A stretch of DNA of 64,000 nucleotides, from positions 21,916 through 85,915 of the forward strand of contig JBKQOA010000143.1 of assembly GCA_052145735.1 (NCBI GenBank). The letters are read 5' to 3'. This document shows positions 36,031-45,827 of the stretch, piece after piece. Under the pieces are notes generated by a model. It was not told where the DNA came from. It saw only the letters and a list, made by a program, of their open reading frames with translations, and did not search any database. A program made the position numbers and the translations under genes. Positions within the stretch are counted from its first letter, which is position 1. Every line of letters starts with the position of its first letter. Origin of the DNA: Limisphaerales bacterium (GTDB lineage Bacteria; Verrucomicrobiota; Verrucomicrobiia; Limisphaerales; UBA11358).

Positions 36031-36775
36031 ATGAAGACGGGCATCATGAATACAATGGCCAATCCCCGCTTCGCCAGGCTCCTGACCGGGGTTTTTGGCC
36101 ACCGGACTGCTGCTGGAACTGACCGCCTGCCGCACGACCCACGAGGTGCGGGGCAGCATGAAGGATTCCGGGTTTCTGAAAGATTACTCCCAGTTGCACG
36201 AGAGCAAGGGCGATTACGCCAAGATGGTGTACATCGATCCGACGGTGAACTGGGCCAAATACACCAAGATTCAAATCCTGCCGATCGAACTGTGGAAGTC
36301 CGACGACACAAATTCCCCGCTGGGCAAGCTGGACAAGGAAGATCAACAGTTGCTGGTGGATTATTTTTACACGGCGTTGAGCAACAGCCTATCGAAGGAT
36401 TTTCAGATTGTGAACCAGGCCGGTCCCGGGGTGCTGGTGATTCATGGGGCGATCACGGAAGCGAAGAAGAGCCGGCCGGTGTCGAACCTGGTTTCGAGTG
36501 TTGTTCCCATTGGCATGGGCTTGAGCCTGGTCAAGCGGGTGGTTTTCGGGACGGGATTGGGCGTGGGCGAGTGCCAGGTGGAAGCGGAGCTGCTGGACGG
36601 GGCGACGGGCCAGCGCATCGCGGCGGGGATGGACCGGCGGGCGGGGACGAAAGCCCTGCGGACCAAGTTCGACGGGACATTTGGGGACGTGAAACTGGCA
36701 ATGGATTTCTGGTCGGAGCGCCTGGACAAAAACCTGGTGGAAATGCGCGAAGGCAGGAACAACAGCGAACTCTAA
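36031..36775 (+). pseudogene. DUF3313-like lipoprotein with an apparent 1-nt insertion in a T5 run (frameshift or sequencing error)
   Basis: Frame A gives MKTGIMNTMANPRFARLLTGV. One base later the frame continues ATGLLLELTAC (lipobox), then SGFLKDYSQL.. typical of DUF3313. Removing one T from 36092..36096 restores a canonical lipoprotein signal. Confidence 0.6.
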
Positions 36776-36820
36776 AAAACGGGCGCCGGACATGGGTCGA
36801 ACCGGCATGACGCCGAAAAC

Positions 36821-37306
36821 ATGTATTCACGAAGACCTGCAATTGGAACACACGGTCTGGGAACGGTGAGCCGGCAGCTCGCATTGTTGCTGCTCGCCGT
36901 GGCCCTGGCCGGCTGCCAGTCGGGAAGGTTTTCATATTACGTCTCGCCCCGGGTGTCGGGACAGGTCCTGGCCGCCGACACGCACCAACCGCTCGCCGGC
37001 GCCACCGTCCGGCGCGTGGTGCCGGTGATGTCCAGCGGCGAAGACACCTCCCCCAAGGGCGCCCAACTCCTGATGCAACCCGGCGGCCAGCGGACGGATG
37101 CCGGCGGCCGGTTTGTCCTGGAAGCCGAACGTGTCGTCGCCGTGTTCCATCGCGGGGGCTGGCACTCGGTGACGGTTTCCTTCGAGCGCAGCGGTTACGA
37201 AAGTTTGCAGACCAATTACACCTCCGCCAGTTTCAAGGAACGCTCCCCCGAAGGCGTGCCGCTGGTCAATGCCGGTGACATTTTGCTCAAGCCCAACACC
37301 CAATGA
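36821..37306 (+). CDS. Lipoprotein with a carboxypeptidase-regulatory-like beta-sandwich segment
   Basis: Lipobox ALAGCQS. VSGQVLAADTHQPLAGATVR..TDAGGRFVLE resembles CarboxypepD_reg-type domains. Confidence 0.55.
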   Translation: MYSRRPAIGTHGLGTVSRQLALLLLAVALAGCQSGRFSYYVSPRVSGQVLAADTHQPLAGATVRRVVPVMSSGEDTSPKGAQLLMQPGGQRTDAGGRFVLEAERVVAVFHRGGWHSVTVSFERSGYESLQTNYTSASFKERSPEGVPLVNAGDILLKPNTQ

Positions 37307-38709
37307 ACGAATCACACAAAAAACATCTGCACCGCAGCCGCTCCTTCGGCTGCGTCTGCCTGGCCTGTCTGGCGCCGGCCCTGACCGGATGCTCGCTGCT
37401 CCGTCTCCATTCCTCCCCGCCCAAGGCCCAGGTCACGTCGCTCCAATTGGGAACGAATACGCCGGCGGCGGCCGTCACCTACGACACGTTGCAACTTCAA
37501 GTGATGCGCTTTGCGGATGGTTATGTCGCCGCCATCTCCCAGGCGGCCGATGATTTTAGCGCAAAAGTCGGGACGCCCACAGCCCGTCTCGCCGCTTTGA
37601 GATACAAGCTGGGGGAGGCCACTTCAGCCTATACCGACGCCACCGGGCCGAACCCGGTCATCAACGCGTTGGACATGCTGGTGCTGCTCTCCGTGTCCCG
37701 CATGGTCGTGGAGGATTATGGCGTGGAGACTTTTGGCGACGCGGTTCTGCCGTTGCTGGAAGTCCAGCGCCAGCAGGAAGCCAGGGCCTGGAAACTGGCC
37801 GACGGCGTGCTCAAGCCGGAACAGCAGCAGGAGCTCCGGGATTTGATCCAGGAATGGCGCAAGAAATATCCTCATCAGCGTTATGTTGGCGCGATCCGGT
37901 TCAATGAGTTTGCCACCAGCCTGGGCAGGATGCCCCAGCAGTCCACCACCTCGCCCAACAGCATTTTCAGCCTGCTCTTTCTCGATCCGTTCGCCGGGCT
38001 GGATCCCACCGCCGCCGCCATCGAGGAAACCCGCCGGCTGGGGGAACGCGCCATGTATTACACGCAACGCATGCCCCAACTGCTGAGCTGGCAGGCGGAG
38101 GTGCTGGCTTACCAACTCGCCGGGCAACCCGAGTCCGAACAGGTCTTATCCAATGCCAACCAATTGGCCGCCTCCGCCCAAAGCTTCGCGGCCACGGCCC
38201 AACAATTGCCCCAGCTCATCAACGACCAACGGCAGGCTGCCATCCAGCAACTGCTTGACGGCCTCACTTCCCAGGAAACGCAGGCGCGTCAGACGCTCAA
38301 TTCGGCCGGCGATGCGGCGTCCAACATCAACACCGCCATCCAGTCACTCGCGGAATTTGTCCGTTATGTTTCCCCGACGAATGCAAGTCGGGCATCCGCC
38401 GCCACGAACAGCCGGCCGTTCAACGTGCTCGATTACGGCACGGCCGCCAGCCAGATCGGGGACGCCGCCAAAAACTTGAACGCCCTGTTGGCCACGGTGA
38501 ACCAAAGCTCGCCCCAACTGGCCCAACTCGGACAACAGACCACCGCCAACGCAAACCGCGTGGTGGACCATGCGTTCCGGCGGGGATTGATTTTGATTTT
38601 GATATTGTTGATCGGCTCGGTTGTGGCGGGCTTGACCTACCGCATCCTGGCGAGCAAACTGGCCGGCGATGGACGCAAACCAGCCAGGCCGGATTCCGGA
38701 GCACCCTGA
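37303..38709 (+). CDS. ~470-aa helical envelope protein, paralog of 29685..31112
   Basis: ATGA overlap with the upstream gene, lipobox ALTGCS and a C-terminal TM (LILILILLIGSVVAGLTYRIL). Confidence 0.7.
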   Translation: MNESHKKHLHRSRSFGCVCLACLAPALTGCSLLRLHSSPPKAQVTSLQLGTNTPAAAVTYDTLQLQVMRFADGYVAAISQAADDFSAKVGTPTARLAALRYKLGEATSAYTDATGPNPVINALDMLVLLSVSRMVVEDYGVETFGDAVLPLLEVQRQQEARAWKLADGVLKPEQQQELRDLIQEWRKKYPHQRYVGAIRFNEFATSLGRMPQQSTTSPNSIFSLLFLDPFAGLDPTAAAIEETRRLGERAMYYTQRMPQLLSWQAEVLAYQLAGQPESEQVLSNANQLAASAQSFAATAQQLPQLINDQRQAAIQQLLDGLTSQETQARQTLNSAGDAASNINTAIQSLAEFVRYVSPTNASRASAATNSRPFNVLDYGTAASQIGDAAKNLNALLATVNQSSPQLAQLGQQTTANANRVVDHAFRRGLILILILLIGSVVAGLTYRILASKLAGDGRKPARPDSGAP

Positions 38710-38722
38710 ACCATATCTTGCC

Positions 38723-39745
38723 ATGAACACACACTCGCGCTTCTCTCGAATCGGCCGCCATGCTTGCTGGGCGGCGGGATTCCTGTCGCTGTTGCTGGCG
38801 GCCACGCCCGCGCACTCACAATTCACCGATATCAACAGTTTGCAAAACACGGTTGGCAACCGCATCGAGGCCGCCACGATTCTGGGCGGTGATTTCGGGA
38901 TGACCGGTGCTTCTTATAACCGGGGGAGCGGGGGAAACCTCAGCCTTTCCAAGTTCGGCGGCTGGGGTGACATCGGCGACCCGCAACCGTTGGGAACCCT
39001 GCCCATTGCCTGGCAGCCGCAGTTGCAGGGCGAGATGGGCTATCTTGTGGCCACGAAAAATTATTCCGCCGCAGATAACGTTACTTATTACGGTACACCC
39101 TATAATCTGAAAGGCGCGTTCACCCGGTTCCACGATTTTTCGATCCAGTTCGGCGGCGGCCCACGCTTGTGGTTCAACGACAACTTCAGCATCGCGCCAA
39201 CGATCATGGGGATGTATGGGTACACGGACAACACTTTCGATCAAAACGCCAACACCACTTTGACGCCAAGCGTTATCAGCGCAGCCCGGAAGGCAGGCCT
39301 GATTGACTATGATGTGGATACCTGGACCATCCGGCCCGCTGCGGACTTTCAATTTGTTTACACCTGGCGGCGCACCATCTTCACGCTGAACTCGGACCCG
39401 GTTTATTTCCACACCGAGAGCTTCAACGCTTCCAACCCGAATGTGAACGTCAACGGCGACTCGGAGACCTGGATGAACAAGCTTGACGTGGATGTTCCCC
39501 TGGGCAAGGACCTGTGGGGCCATGAATTGCGCACGGGCGGTTATTTCAGCCGGACCGAGTTTTATGGCAACATCCAGGACGGCTTGGGCCTGAGCCATCT
39601 CTACGAAGTTCATGGCCGCGTCGTGCTGGATTATTTGAACCAGCTTTGGAAGGTCCAATGGATTGGCCTCGGCGTCTCGTATCTCTGGGGCAACAACGGT
39701 TTCTCCGGTTATTCCTACGGCCTCGATGTCGCCTTCCGGTTTTGA
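38723..39745 (+). CDS. Predicted outer-membrane beta-barrel (copy 2 of 3, divergent)
   Basis: Signal peptide ending PAHSQ. Same N-terminal helix motif (LQNTVGNRIEAATILG vs LQQLDTAIGQRVEATAVLG) and C-terminal ..GLDVAFRF. Confidence 0.65.
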   Translation: MNTHSRFSRIGRHACWAAGFLSLLLAATPAHSQFTDINSLQNTVGNRIEAATILGGDFGMTGASYNRGSGGNLSLSKFGGWGDIGDPQPLGTLPIAWQPQLQGEMGYLVATKNYSAADNVTYYGTPYNLKGAFTRFHDFSIQFGGGPRLWFNDNFSIAPTIMGMYGYTDNTFDQNANTTLTPSVISAARKAGLIDYDVDTWTIRPAADFQFVYTWRRTIFTLNSDPVYFHTESFNASNPNVNVNGDSETWMNKLDVDVPLGKDLWGHELRTGGYFSRTEFYGNIQDGLGLSHLYEVHGRVVLDYLNQLWKVQWIGLGVSYLWGNNGFSGYSYGLDVAFRF

Positions 39746-39797
39746 ACCGCTGGAAAATGCGCTTTCATGTTGTATGGGAGAAAAGCAGAATTCGACC

Positions 39798-40472
39798 ATG
39801 CACAATCAGCCGCTGGCTGACGCCACGCTGGTCGCCTGTCCGCACTGCGATCTGTTGCAGCGCCTGCCCGAAATCGCGCCCGGCGCCTCGGCGCGCTGCC
39901 CGCGTTGCGACAAGGAATTATGGCGTCGCCGCGAGGATTCCCTCAACCGCACGTTCGCGCTGTCGCTGGCGGCCCTGGTGTTGTACGTGGTCGCGAACAC
40001 CGTTCCCATGCTCGGGTTGACCGCGGTTGGTCATGCCGCCTCCACCACCGTCGTGGGCGGCGCCCGGCAACTCTGGCAGGACGGGCAGCAGATTGTCGCC
40101 GTATTGGTGCTCTTTGCGGCTGTCATCTCACCCGCGCTGCAGATCGGGTTGATGCTCCTGATTGTGATCGGCTGCCATCGCCCGCAACCGCCCGCCTGGG
40201 TCGGGGCACTGTTGCGCCATGTCCCGTTCACCCGCACCTGGAGCATGATCGAGGTCATGCTGATCGGCGTGCTGGTGGCGCTCACCAAGATTGCCGACTA
40301 CGCCACGGTCATTCCCGGCGTGGCGCTCTTCTCACTCGGCGCGCTCGTCTTCCTGCTCGCCGCGATGCAGTCGAACTTCGATCCGCGCGAAGTATGGGAC
40401 CGGGTTGAGTGGGCGGACGCCGGGGCCCGGCAACCGGCGGCCGGGAACCCGATGGCGGAGGTGACGTCGTGA
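39798..40472 (+). CDS. pqiA: PqiA-family inner-membrane protein (first half-gene)
   Basis: CPHCDLL..CPRCDKEL zinc-ribbon-like motif followed by TM helices, which is the PqiA domain layout. Confidence 0.8.
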   Translation: MHNQPLADATLVACPHCDLLQRLPEIAPGASARCPRCDKELWRRREDSLNRTFALSLAALVLYVVANTVPMLGLTAVGHAASTTVVGGARQLWQDGQQIVAVLVLFAAVISPALQIGLMLLIVIGCHRPQPPAWVGALLRHVPFTRTWSMIEVMLIGVLVALTKIADYATVIPGVALFSLGALVFLLAAMQSNFDPREVWDRVEWADAGARQPAAGNPMAEVTS

Positions 40473-41122
40473 AACCGATGGCCATGACCGCGATGCAGGA
40501 AGGACTGCAGAGCTGCGAAGCCTGCGGGCTGCTCTCGCGACCCGCGCCGGGTGAGCACGAAGGGCTCTGCCCGCGTTGCGGCGAGGAACTGGTCTTTCGC
40601 AAGCATGACAGTCTTCAACGCACCCTCGCCTACCTGATCGCCGCCGCGGTCTGCTATGTTCCGGCCAACGTCCTCCCGGTGATGACCACCGTCACGGCCT
40701 CGGGCCGCGAATCGGACACCATCCTGCAAGGCGTTGTGCTCCTCTGGTCGCCGACCGGCTGGCCGCTGTCGCTCATCGTGCTTTTTGCCAGCATCATGAT
40801 TCCGAGCGCGAAGATTCTCGCGTTGCTCTACCTGCTCATCACCGTCCGGCGGGGCTCGATTGAGAACAACACCCAGCGCGTCCGGCTTTACCGGATGGTG
40901 GATTTGATCGGACGCTGGTCCATGGTTGATGTGTTCGTGGACACCTTCACCGTCGCCCTCATCCAGCTTCAACCGCTCATGTCCGTGGAGCCGGCGCCCG
41001 GACTTTTTTTCTTTGCCGCGGTGGTGGTATTGACGATGCTTGCAGTGGAATCCTTTGACCCGCGGTTGATCTGGGATGCCAACAGTTCCAAGAAAAACCA
41101 GAATGAGGTTCAATATGCCTGA
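40469..41122 (+). CDS. pqiA: PqiA-family inner-membrane protein (second half-gene)
   Basis: The GTG start overlaps the previous stop (GTGA). CEACGLL..CPRCGEEL motif plus TM helices. An alternative ATG is at 40478. Confidence 0.8.
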   Translation: MKPMAMTAMQEGLQSCEACGLLSRPAPGEHEGLCPRCGEELVFRKHDSLQRTLAYLIAAAVCYVPANVLPVMTTVTASGRESDTILQGVVLLWSPTGWPLSLIVLFASIMIPSAKILALLYLLITVRRGSIENNTQRVRLYRMVDLIGRWSMVDVFVDTFTVALIQLQPLMSVEPAPGLFFFAAVVVLTMLAVESFDPRLIWDANSSKKNQNEVQYA

Positions 41123-42623
41123 CAAATCTCCCACCCCGGTTCCCGAATCCAAGGTCGTCCCCAAAAAGCGCACGCGGCTCTCGTTCGTCTGGGTCATCCC
41201 CATCGTGGCGGCGGCCGCCGGCGTCTGGGTCGCCGTGACCAAAATCATGAACGAAGGTCCCAAGATAACCATCGTCTTCCAATCCGCCGAGGGACTCGAA
41301 GCCAACAAAACCAAAATCCAATACAGCGGACTGGAAATCGGCACCCTCACGGCCATCCGGTTGGCGGAGGACCGTCATCACGTGATCGCCACGGCGAAAA
41401 TGGCTCCCAGGACGGACGAATACCTGGTCAAAGACACCAAGTTCTGGGTTGTGCGGCCCCAAATCACCGGCCTGAACATCACCGGCTTGGGCACCTTGAT
41501 TTCCGGAGACTACATCGGGGTGTCGCTCGGCCAATCAAAGGAGAGCGAGCGTAATTTCACCGCGCTGGATACGGCGCCGCTGGTGTCGAGCGATACTCCC
41601 GGCCGCTTTTTCATGTTGAAAACTACGGAGCTGGGCTCGCTCAGCGAAGGAGCGCCCATTTATTTCCGGCACCTGCCAGCCGGTCAGATCATTTCGTATG
41701 AACTCGACAAGAACGGCGAAGGCCTGAACGTCAAGGTGTTTGTGCAGGCACCGTACGATCAATATGTCACTCCGAACACGCGTTTCTGGCATGCAAGTGG
41801 GGTTGACATGTCGCTTTCGGCGACCGGCCTGCGCGTCCAGACCGAGTCGCTCATGTCCATTCTCGCCGGAGGCATTGCCTTTGAAACGCCTGCCACCGGA
41901 CCGCTTCTGCCGCCGGCTGACGCGGACACCGTTTTCACCCTGTTCGACGACCGCAGCGAGGCCTTTCGCCCGCCCCCCCGCGATCCGTACACCTTCCGGC
42001 TCGCCTTCAGGCAATCGTCGGTCCGCGGGCTGACGCCCGGCGCGCCGGTGGAGATTGGCGGAGTGACGATCGGGCAGGTCACCGAGGTCAGCCCGCAATT
42101 CGACCTGAACACGATGGAATTCTCCGTGCCGGTGACCATCTCCGTGGATCCACAGCGATACGGAGTCAAGTTTCTCAACGTGCCGGGCAACGAGGACACC
42201 ACGGCTCGTCACCGCAAGGTGATGGACATCCTGGTGGCACACGGGCTGCGCGCCAATTTGAAGACGGGCAACCTGCTCACCGGATCGCTGTACGTCTCGG
42301 TGGATTTCTTCCCTGACGCGCCTCCGGCGTCGGTGGATTGGGCGCAGAACCCGGCGCTGCTGCCGACCATGCCCGGCAAGACCGAGGAAATCGAAATGAG
42401 TGTTGCCGACCTGCTCAAGAATCTCAACCAGACGCTCACCAACACCGACAAGCTGCTGGGCAGCGCCAACAAGCTCATCGAACCGAACTCCGTGCTGGAC
42501 ACGGAACTGAACAACATGCTCCAGGAGGGGGGCGGGGCGGCCCGGTCGTTGCGGGTGCTCGCCGATTATCTTGAGCGCCATCCCGAGGCGCTCATTCGCG
42601 GCAAAACCGGAGAGGCAAAATGA
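41115..42623 (+). CDS. pqiB: PqiB-like multi-MCE-domain protein
   Basis: N-terminal TM, then repeated MlaD/MCE-like segments (GLEANKTKIQYSGLEIGTLTAI, GSLSEGAPIYFRHLPAGQI, RGLTPGAPVEIGGVTIGQV) and a helical C-terminus. Confidence 0.85.
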   Translation: MPDKSPTPVPESKVVPKKRTRLSFVWVIPIVAAAAGVWVAVTKIMNEGPKITIVFQSAEGLEANKTKIQYSGLEIGTLTAIRLAEDRHHVIATAKMAPRTDEYLVKDTKFWVVRPQITGLNITGLGTLISGDYIGVSLGQSKESERNFTALDTAPLVSSDTPGRFFMLKTTELGSLSEGAPIYFRHLPAGQIISYELDKNGEGLNVKVFVQAPYDQYVTPNTRFWHASGVDMSLSATGLRVQTESLMSILAGGIAFETPATGPLLPPADADTVFTLFDDRSEAFRPPPRDPYTFRLAFRQSSVRGLTPGAPVEIGGVTIGQVTEVSPQFDLNTMEFSVPVTISVDPQRYGVKFLNVPGNEDTTARHRKVMDILVAHGLRANLKTGNLLTGSLYVSVDFFPDAPPASVDWAQNPALLPTMPGKTEEIEMSVADLLKNLNQTLTNTDKLLGSANKLIEPNSVLDTELNNMLQEGGGAARSLRVLADYLERHPEALIRGKTGEAK

Positions 42624-43216
42624 AAACCAACCATATCACTCAGTTGTTTTTGATCACCTGCGTCGTGGCGACAGCCGCCGGCTGCGCCTCGTCCCCGTCG
42701 CGCTTCTACACCCTCAACTCCACGGCGACGGGTGACGGCACAACCGCCGTCAGCTATGGCGTCGCCGTCGGGCCGGTTTCCATCCCCGCGTTGGTGGACC
42801 GGCCGCAGTTCATGGTCCAGGTGGCGACGAACCGCGTCGAGGTTGATGAATTCAACCGCTGGGCGGAACCGCTGAACAACAACATCGCCCGCGTCGTCGC
42901 CGGCGACCTGGCCACGCTGCTCGGAACGCCGCAGGTGGCCATGGCACCGCTGGCGAACTTCAATCCCGCCTACCGGGTATCCATCGACATCCAGCGCTTC
43001 GAATCCGTGCGAGGCAAGTCGGTGCTGATCGAAGCGGTTTGGGTGGTTCATCGGACGGCGGCGGGTGGCGCCACGTGCTCGGGTCGTACGGTCGCCAGCG
43101 AGCTGGTATCGGGTGACAGCTTTGACGCGCTGGCCGCCGCCCACAGCCGCGCGCTCGGGAAGGTAAGTGGCGACATCGCTGCCGTGATCCGGGCGGAAGC
43201 CGATCAGAAGCCATAG
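42620..43216 (+). CDS. pqiC: PqiC/YmbA-like (DUF330) lipoprotein
   Basis: ATGA overlap, lipobox AAGCAS, and SRFYTL directly after the Cys as in PqiC. Confidence 0.8.
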   Translation: MKTNHITQLFLITCVVATAAGCASSPSRFYTLNSTATGDGTTAVSYGVAVGPVSIPALVDRPQFMVQVATNRVEVDEFNRWAEPLNNNIARVVAGDLATLLGTPQVAMAPLANFNPAYRVSIDIQRFESVRGKSVLIEAVWVVHRTAAGGATCSGRTVASELVSGDSFDALAAAHSRALGKVSGDIAAVIRAEADQKP

Positions 43217-43270
43217 CCTCGCTCGTTCCGCGTTACAAGCAAGGCATGGCGGCGGAAGTGGTTTTGAATT

Positions 43271-44521
43271 ATGATTCTCATCGCCATTTTCACCGGGTTG
43301 GTGTTTCTCTACAGCCTGGTTTCCGGGCGGCTGGAGCGAACCATCATCACGCCGCCAATCCTGTTCACTGCGGCGGGCATGCTGGTTTTCCTCGTCTTGC
43401 TGGAAGTGCCGGGCCGGGAGGGCAACGTCGGCTGGTTGCTCCGCGTCGCCGAGGGCGGCCTCGTGTTGCTACTCTTCACCGATGCCAGCCGCACCGACCT
43501 CCGGGTGTTGCAGGGCATCCGGAACCTGCCCGTCCGCTTGTTGAGCGTGGGGATGTTGCTGACCATCGTTTTTGGCACTCTCGGCGCCCGGGTCGTTTTT
43601 CCCCAGCTCTCGCTCTGGGAAGCGGGCATCCTCGCCGCCATCCTCGCCCCCACCGACGCCGGGCTCGGACAAATCATCGTGAACAGCCCGCGGGTACCCA
43701 TGAAAATCCGCCAGAGCCTCAACGTGGAGGCCGGACTCAACGACGGCCTGTCTGTTCCATTCCTGCTCTTTTTCATCGCGCTGGCCGGGACCGGCGCGGA
43801 AGACCGGCACACGAACCTGCTCCGGTTCATCGGGGAACAACTCGGTCTGGGGTTGCTCATCGGCGTCGGAATTGGCCTGGTGGGTGGCTGGCTGCTGGGG
43901 CTGGCGCGCCGCAAGGTCTGGATGGCGGAACCGCTCCAGCAAATCGGCGTCGTCGCGCTGCCGCTGCTGTGCGCACTGGCGTCCGAGGCCGTCGGTGCGA
44001 GCATGTTTATCGCCGCCTTCGTCGCCGGCCTCGCGGTGCAGGTGGGGTTCAAGGAAGCCGGCAAACACAGCGTCGAGTTCACCGAGGAATGGGGCCAGTT
44101 GCTCAACTGGTCCGTGTTCTTCCTGTTCGGCCTGATCGCGGCGCGGAACTGGCCTCAAATCACCCTCGCCCATGTGCTCTATGCCGTCCTGAGCCTGACG
44201 GTGGTGCGGATGTTGCCGGTGGCGATCTCGCTCATCGGCACCCGTTTGAGCTGGGCCACCGTGTTGTTCATGGGCTGGTTCGGTCCGCGCGGGCTTGCGT
44301 CCATCGTGCTCGGCCTGGTTTATCTGGAACAGGAAACCCGGCAGCCCGGCGAATCCACCATCCGTCTGGCCGTGATGGTGACGGTGTGGCTCAGCATTTT
44401 TGTCCACGGCTTCAGCGCCCGGCCCGGAATCAATCTCTATGCCGCAAAAGTTGCGGCGCTGAACGCAGGAGCGCCGGAGCACCAGGGTGCCGATGAGATT
44501 TCCACCACGGCACCAGCTTGA
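43271..44521 (+). CDS. Cation:proton antiporter (Na+/H+ exchanger family)
   Basis: About 11-12 TM helices, AILAPTDAGLG and LNDGLSVPF motifs. Confidence 0.8.
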   Translation: MILIAIFTGLVFLYSLVSGRLERTIITPPILFTAAGMLVFLVLLEVPGREGNVGWLLRVAEGGLVLLLFTDASRTDLRVLQGIRNLPVRLLSVGMLLTIVFGTLGARVVFPQLSLWEAGILAAILAPTDAGLGQIIVNSPRVPMKIRQSLNVEAGLNDGLSVPFLLFFIALAGTGAEDRHTNLLRFIGEQLGLGLLIGVGIGLVGGWLLGLARRKVWMAEPLQQIGVVALPLLCALASEAVGASMFIAAFVAGLAVQVGFKEAGKHSVEFTEEWGQLLNWSVFFLFGLIAARNWPQITLAHVLYAVLSLTVVRMLPVAISLIGTRLSWATVLFMGWFGPRGLASIVLGLVYLEQETRQPGESTIRLAVMVTVWLSIFVHGFSARPGINLYAAKVAALNAGAPEHQGADEISTTAPA

Positions 44522-44653
44522 AAAACCGACGTTCACTCGCATGACGGAAAACGCAAGTTGAAACTTGATTTATAAATTCTTTTGGCTCTGAATTATTCAT
44601 CGCCGCGCGGAAGAAATGTTTCCCCTGCTCCCGCGGCTCAGTGCAGACTGATT

Positions 44654-45799
44654 ATGAACAACAATATGATTCGTAAAATTTCGCTGGCGGTTCTGCTCCT
44701 TCCCCTGCTCGCATCGTTCTCCGGCTGCAAAAAGGCCGGGCCGGCCGCGGGCCCGCCGACCGTTGAGGTCGTGGCGGTGGAACAGCGGGACGTGCCCATC
44801 TATCGCGAATGGGTCGGCAGCCTGGAAGGCAACGTCAATGCCACCATCTCCGCGCAGGTGAGCGGCTATTTGCTCCGGCAGGATTACACGGAAGGCCAGC
44901 CGGTAAAGAAGGGCGACCTGCTGTTCGAGATTGACGACCGCACCTATCAGGCCACGCTGGACCAGGCGCTGGCCAAGCTGGGTAAATCGGAATTGGACGT
45001 GCAGCGTTACACGCCGCTGGCGAAAACCCAGGCCATCAGCCAGCAGGAACTGGACGATGCCATCCAGGCCAATCTCGCCAACCAGGCCGCCGTTGACGCC
45101 GCCCGGCTGAATGTTCAATTCTGCAAAATTCTCTCACCCGTGGATGGGGTGGCCGGCCTGGCGAACGCGCAAGTGGGCAACCTGCTGGGCCCCAACTCCG
45201 GTCCCCTGACCACCGTGGTACAGATTGATCCCATCCGGGCGTATTTTTCAGTGGACCAAAAGCTGTTAACCCGGATTCAGGAGCGCATGCTAGCTGAAGG
45301 CAGGGAACTACGAGCCGGGGGCGAAGATTACCGGGGCCCGGTCTTGGAACTGCTGCTGGCGTCCGGCTCGGTTTATCCGCAGCCGGGGCGGGTGCGGTTC
45401 GCGGACAACCAGGTGGACGTCAAGACCGGCACCATCCGGGTGGTGGGCGAATTTCCCAATCCGCAGGGACTGCTTTTGCCCGGCATGTTCGTCCGCGTGC
45501 GAGCGCTTTTGGACACGGAGACGAACGCGTTGCTGGTGCCCCAGAAAGCGGTGGCGGACATGCAGGGCCGCAATCTGGTCGCCGTCGTCGGCGCAGACAA
45601 CAAGGTCAGCATCCGGCCCGTGAACGTCGGCGAACAGGTCGGCTCGCAATGTGTGATCCAGGGGCCGGTGAAGGCCGGTGACCGGGTCGTAGCCGAGGGC
45701 ATCCAGAAGGTGCGCCAGGATGCAGTCGTAAATCCGGTGCCCCTCGGAGAGAAGCCCGCTGCGGCTTCCGCGGCGCAGGCGGAAGGACAGAAACCATGA
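44654..45799 (+). CDS. RND efflux periplasmic adaptor (membrane-fusion protein)
   Basis: Lipobox FSGCKK. SAQVSGYLLRQDYTEGQPVKKGDLLFEIDDRTYQA and hairpin and barrel segments typical of the AcrA/MexA family. Confidence 0.9.
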   Translation: MNNNMIRKISLAVLLLPLLASFSGCKKAGPAAGPPTVEVVAVEQRDVPIYREWVGSLEGNVNATISAQVSGYLLRQDYTEGQPVKKGDLLFEIDDRTYQATLDQALAKLGKSELDVQRYTPLAKTQAISQQELDDAIQANLANQAAVDAARLNVQFCKILSPVDGVAGLANAQVGNLLGPNSGPLTTVVQIDPIRAYFSVDQKLLTRIQERMLAEGRELRAGGEDYRGPVLELLLASGSVYPQPGRVRFADNQVDVKTGTIRVVGEFPNPQGLLLPGMFVRVRALLDTETNALLVPQKAVADMQGRNLVAVVGADNKVSIRPVNVGEQVGSQCVIQGPVKAGDRVVAEGIQKVRQDAVVNPVPLGEKPAAASAAQAEGQKP

Positions 45800-45827
45800 C
45801 GCACCACATCATGTCTGCCGTGGCCCA

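Noticed and set aside
35998-36810. 270-aa ORF covering the DUF3313 locus in another frame
   Set aside because: Only its first ~21 codons (the signal-peptide n/h-region) look genuine. The remainder is Arg/Gly-rich, whereas the +1 frame matches the DUF3313 pattern. I interpret this as a frameshift, not a separate gene.
43246-44496. 416-aa ORF in an alternative + frame overlapping the Na+/H+ antiporter
   Set aside because: It is an Arg/Pro/Gly-rich low-complexity translation. The overlapping frame 43271..44521 gives a clean multi-TM antiporter.
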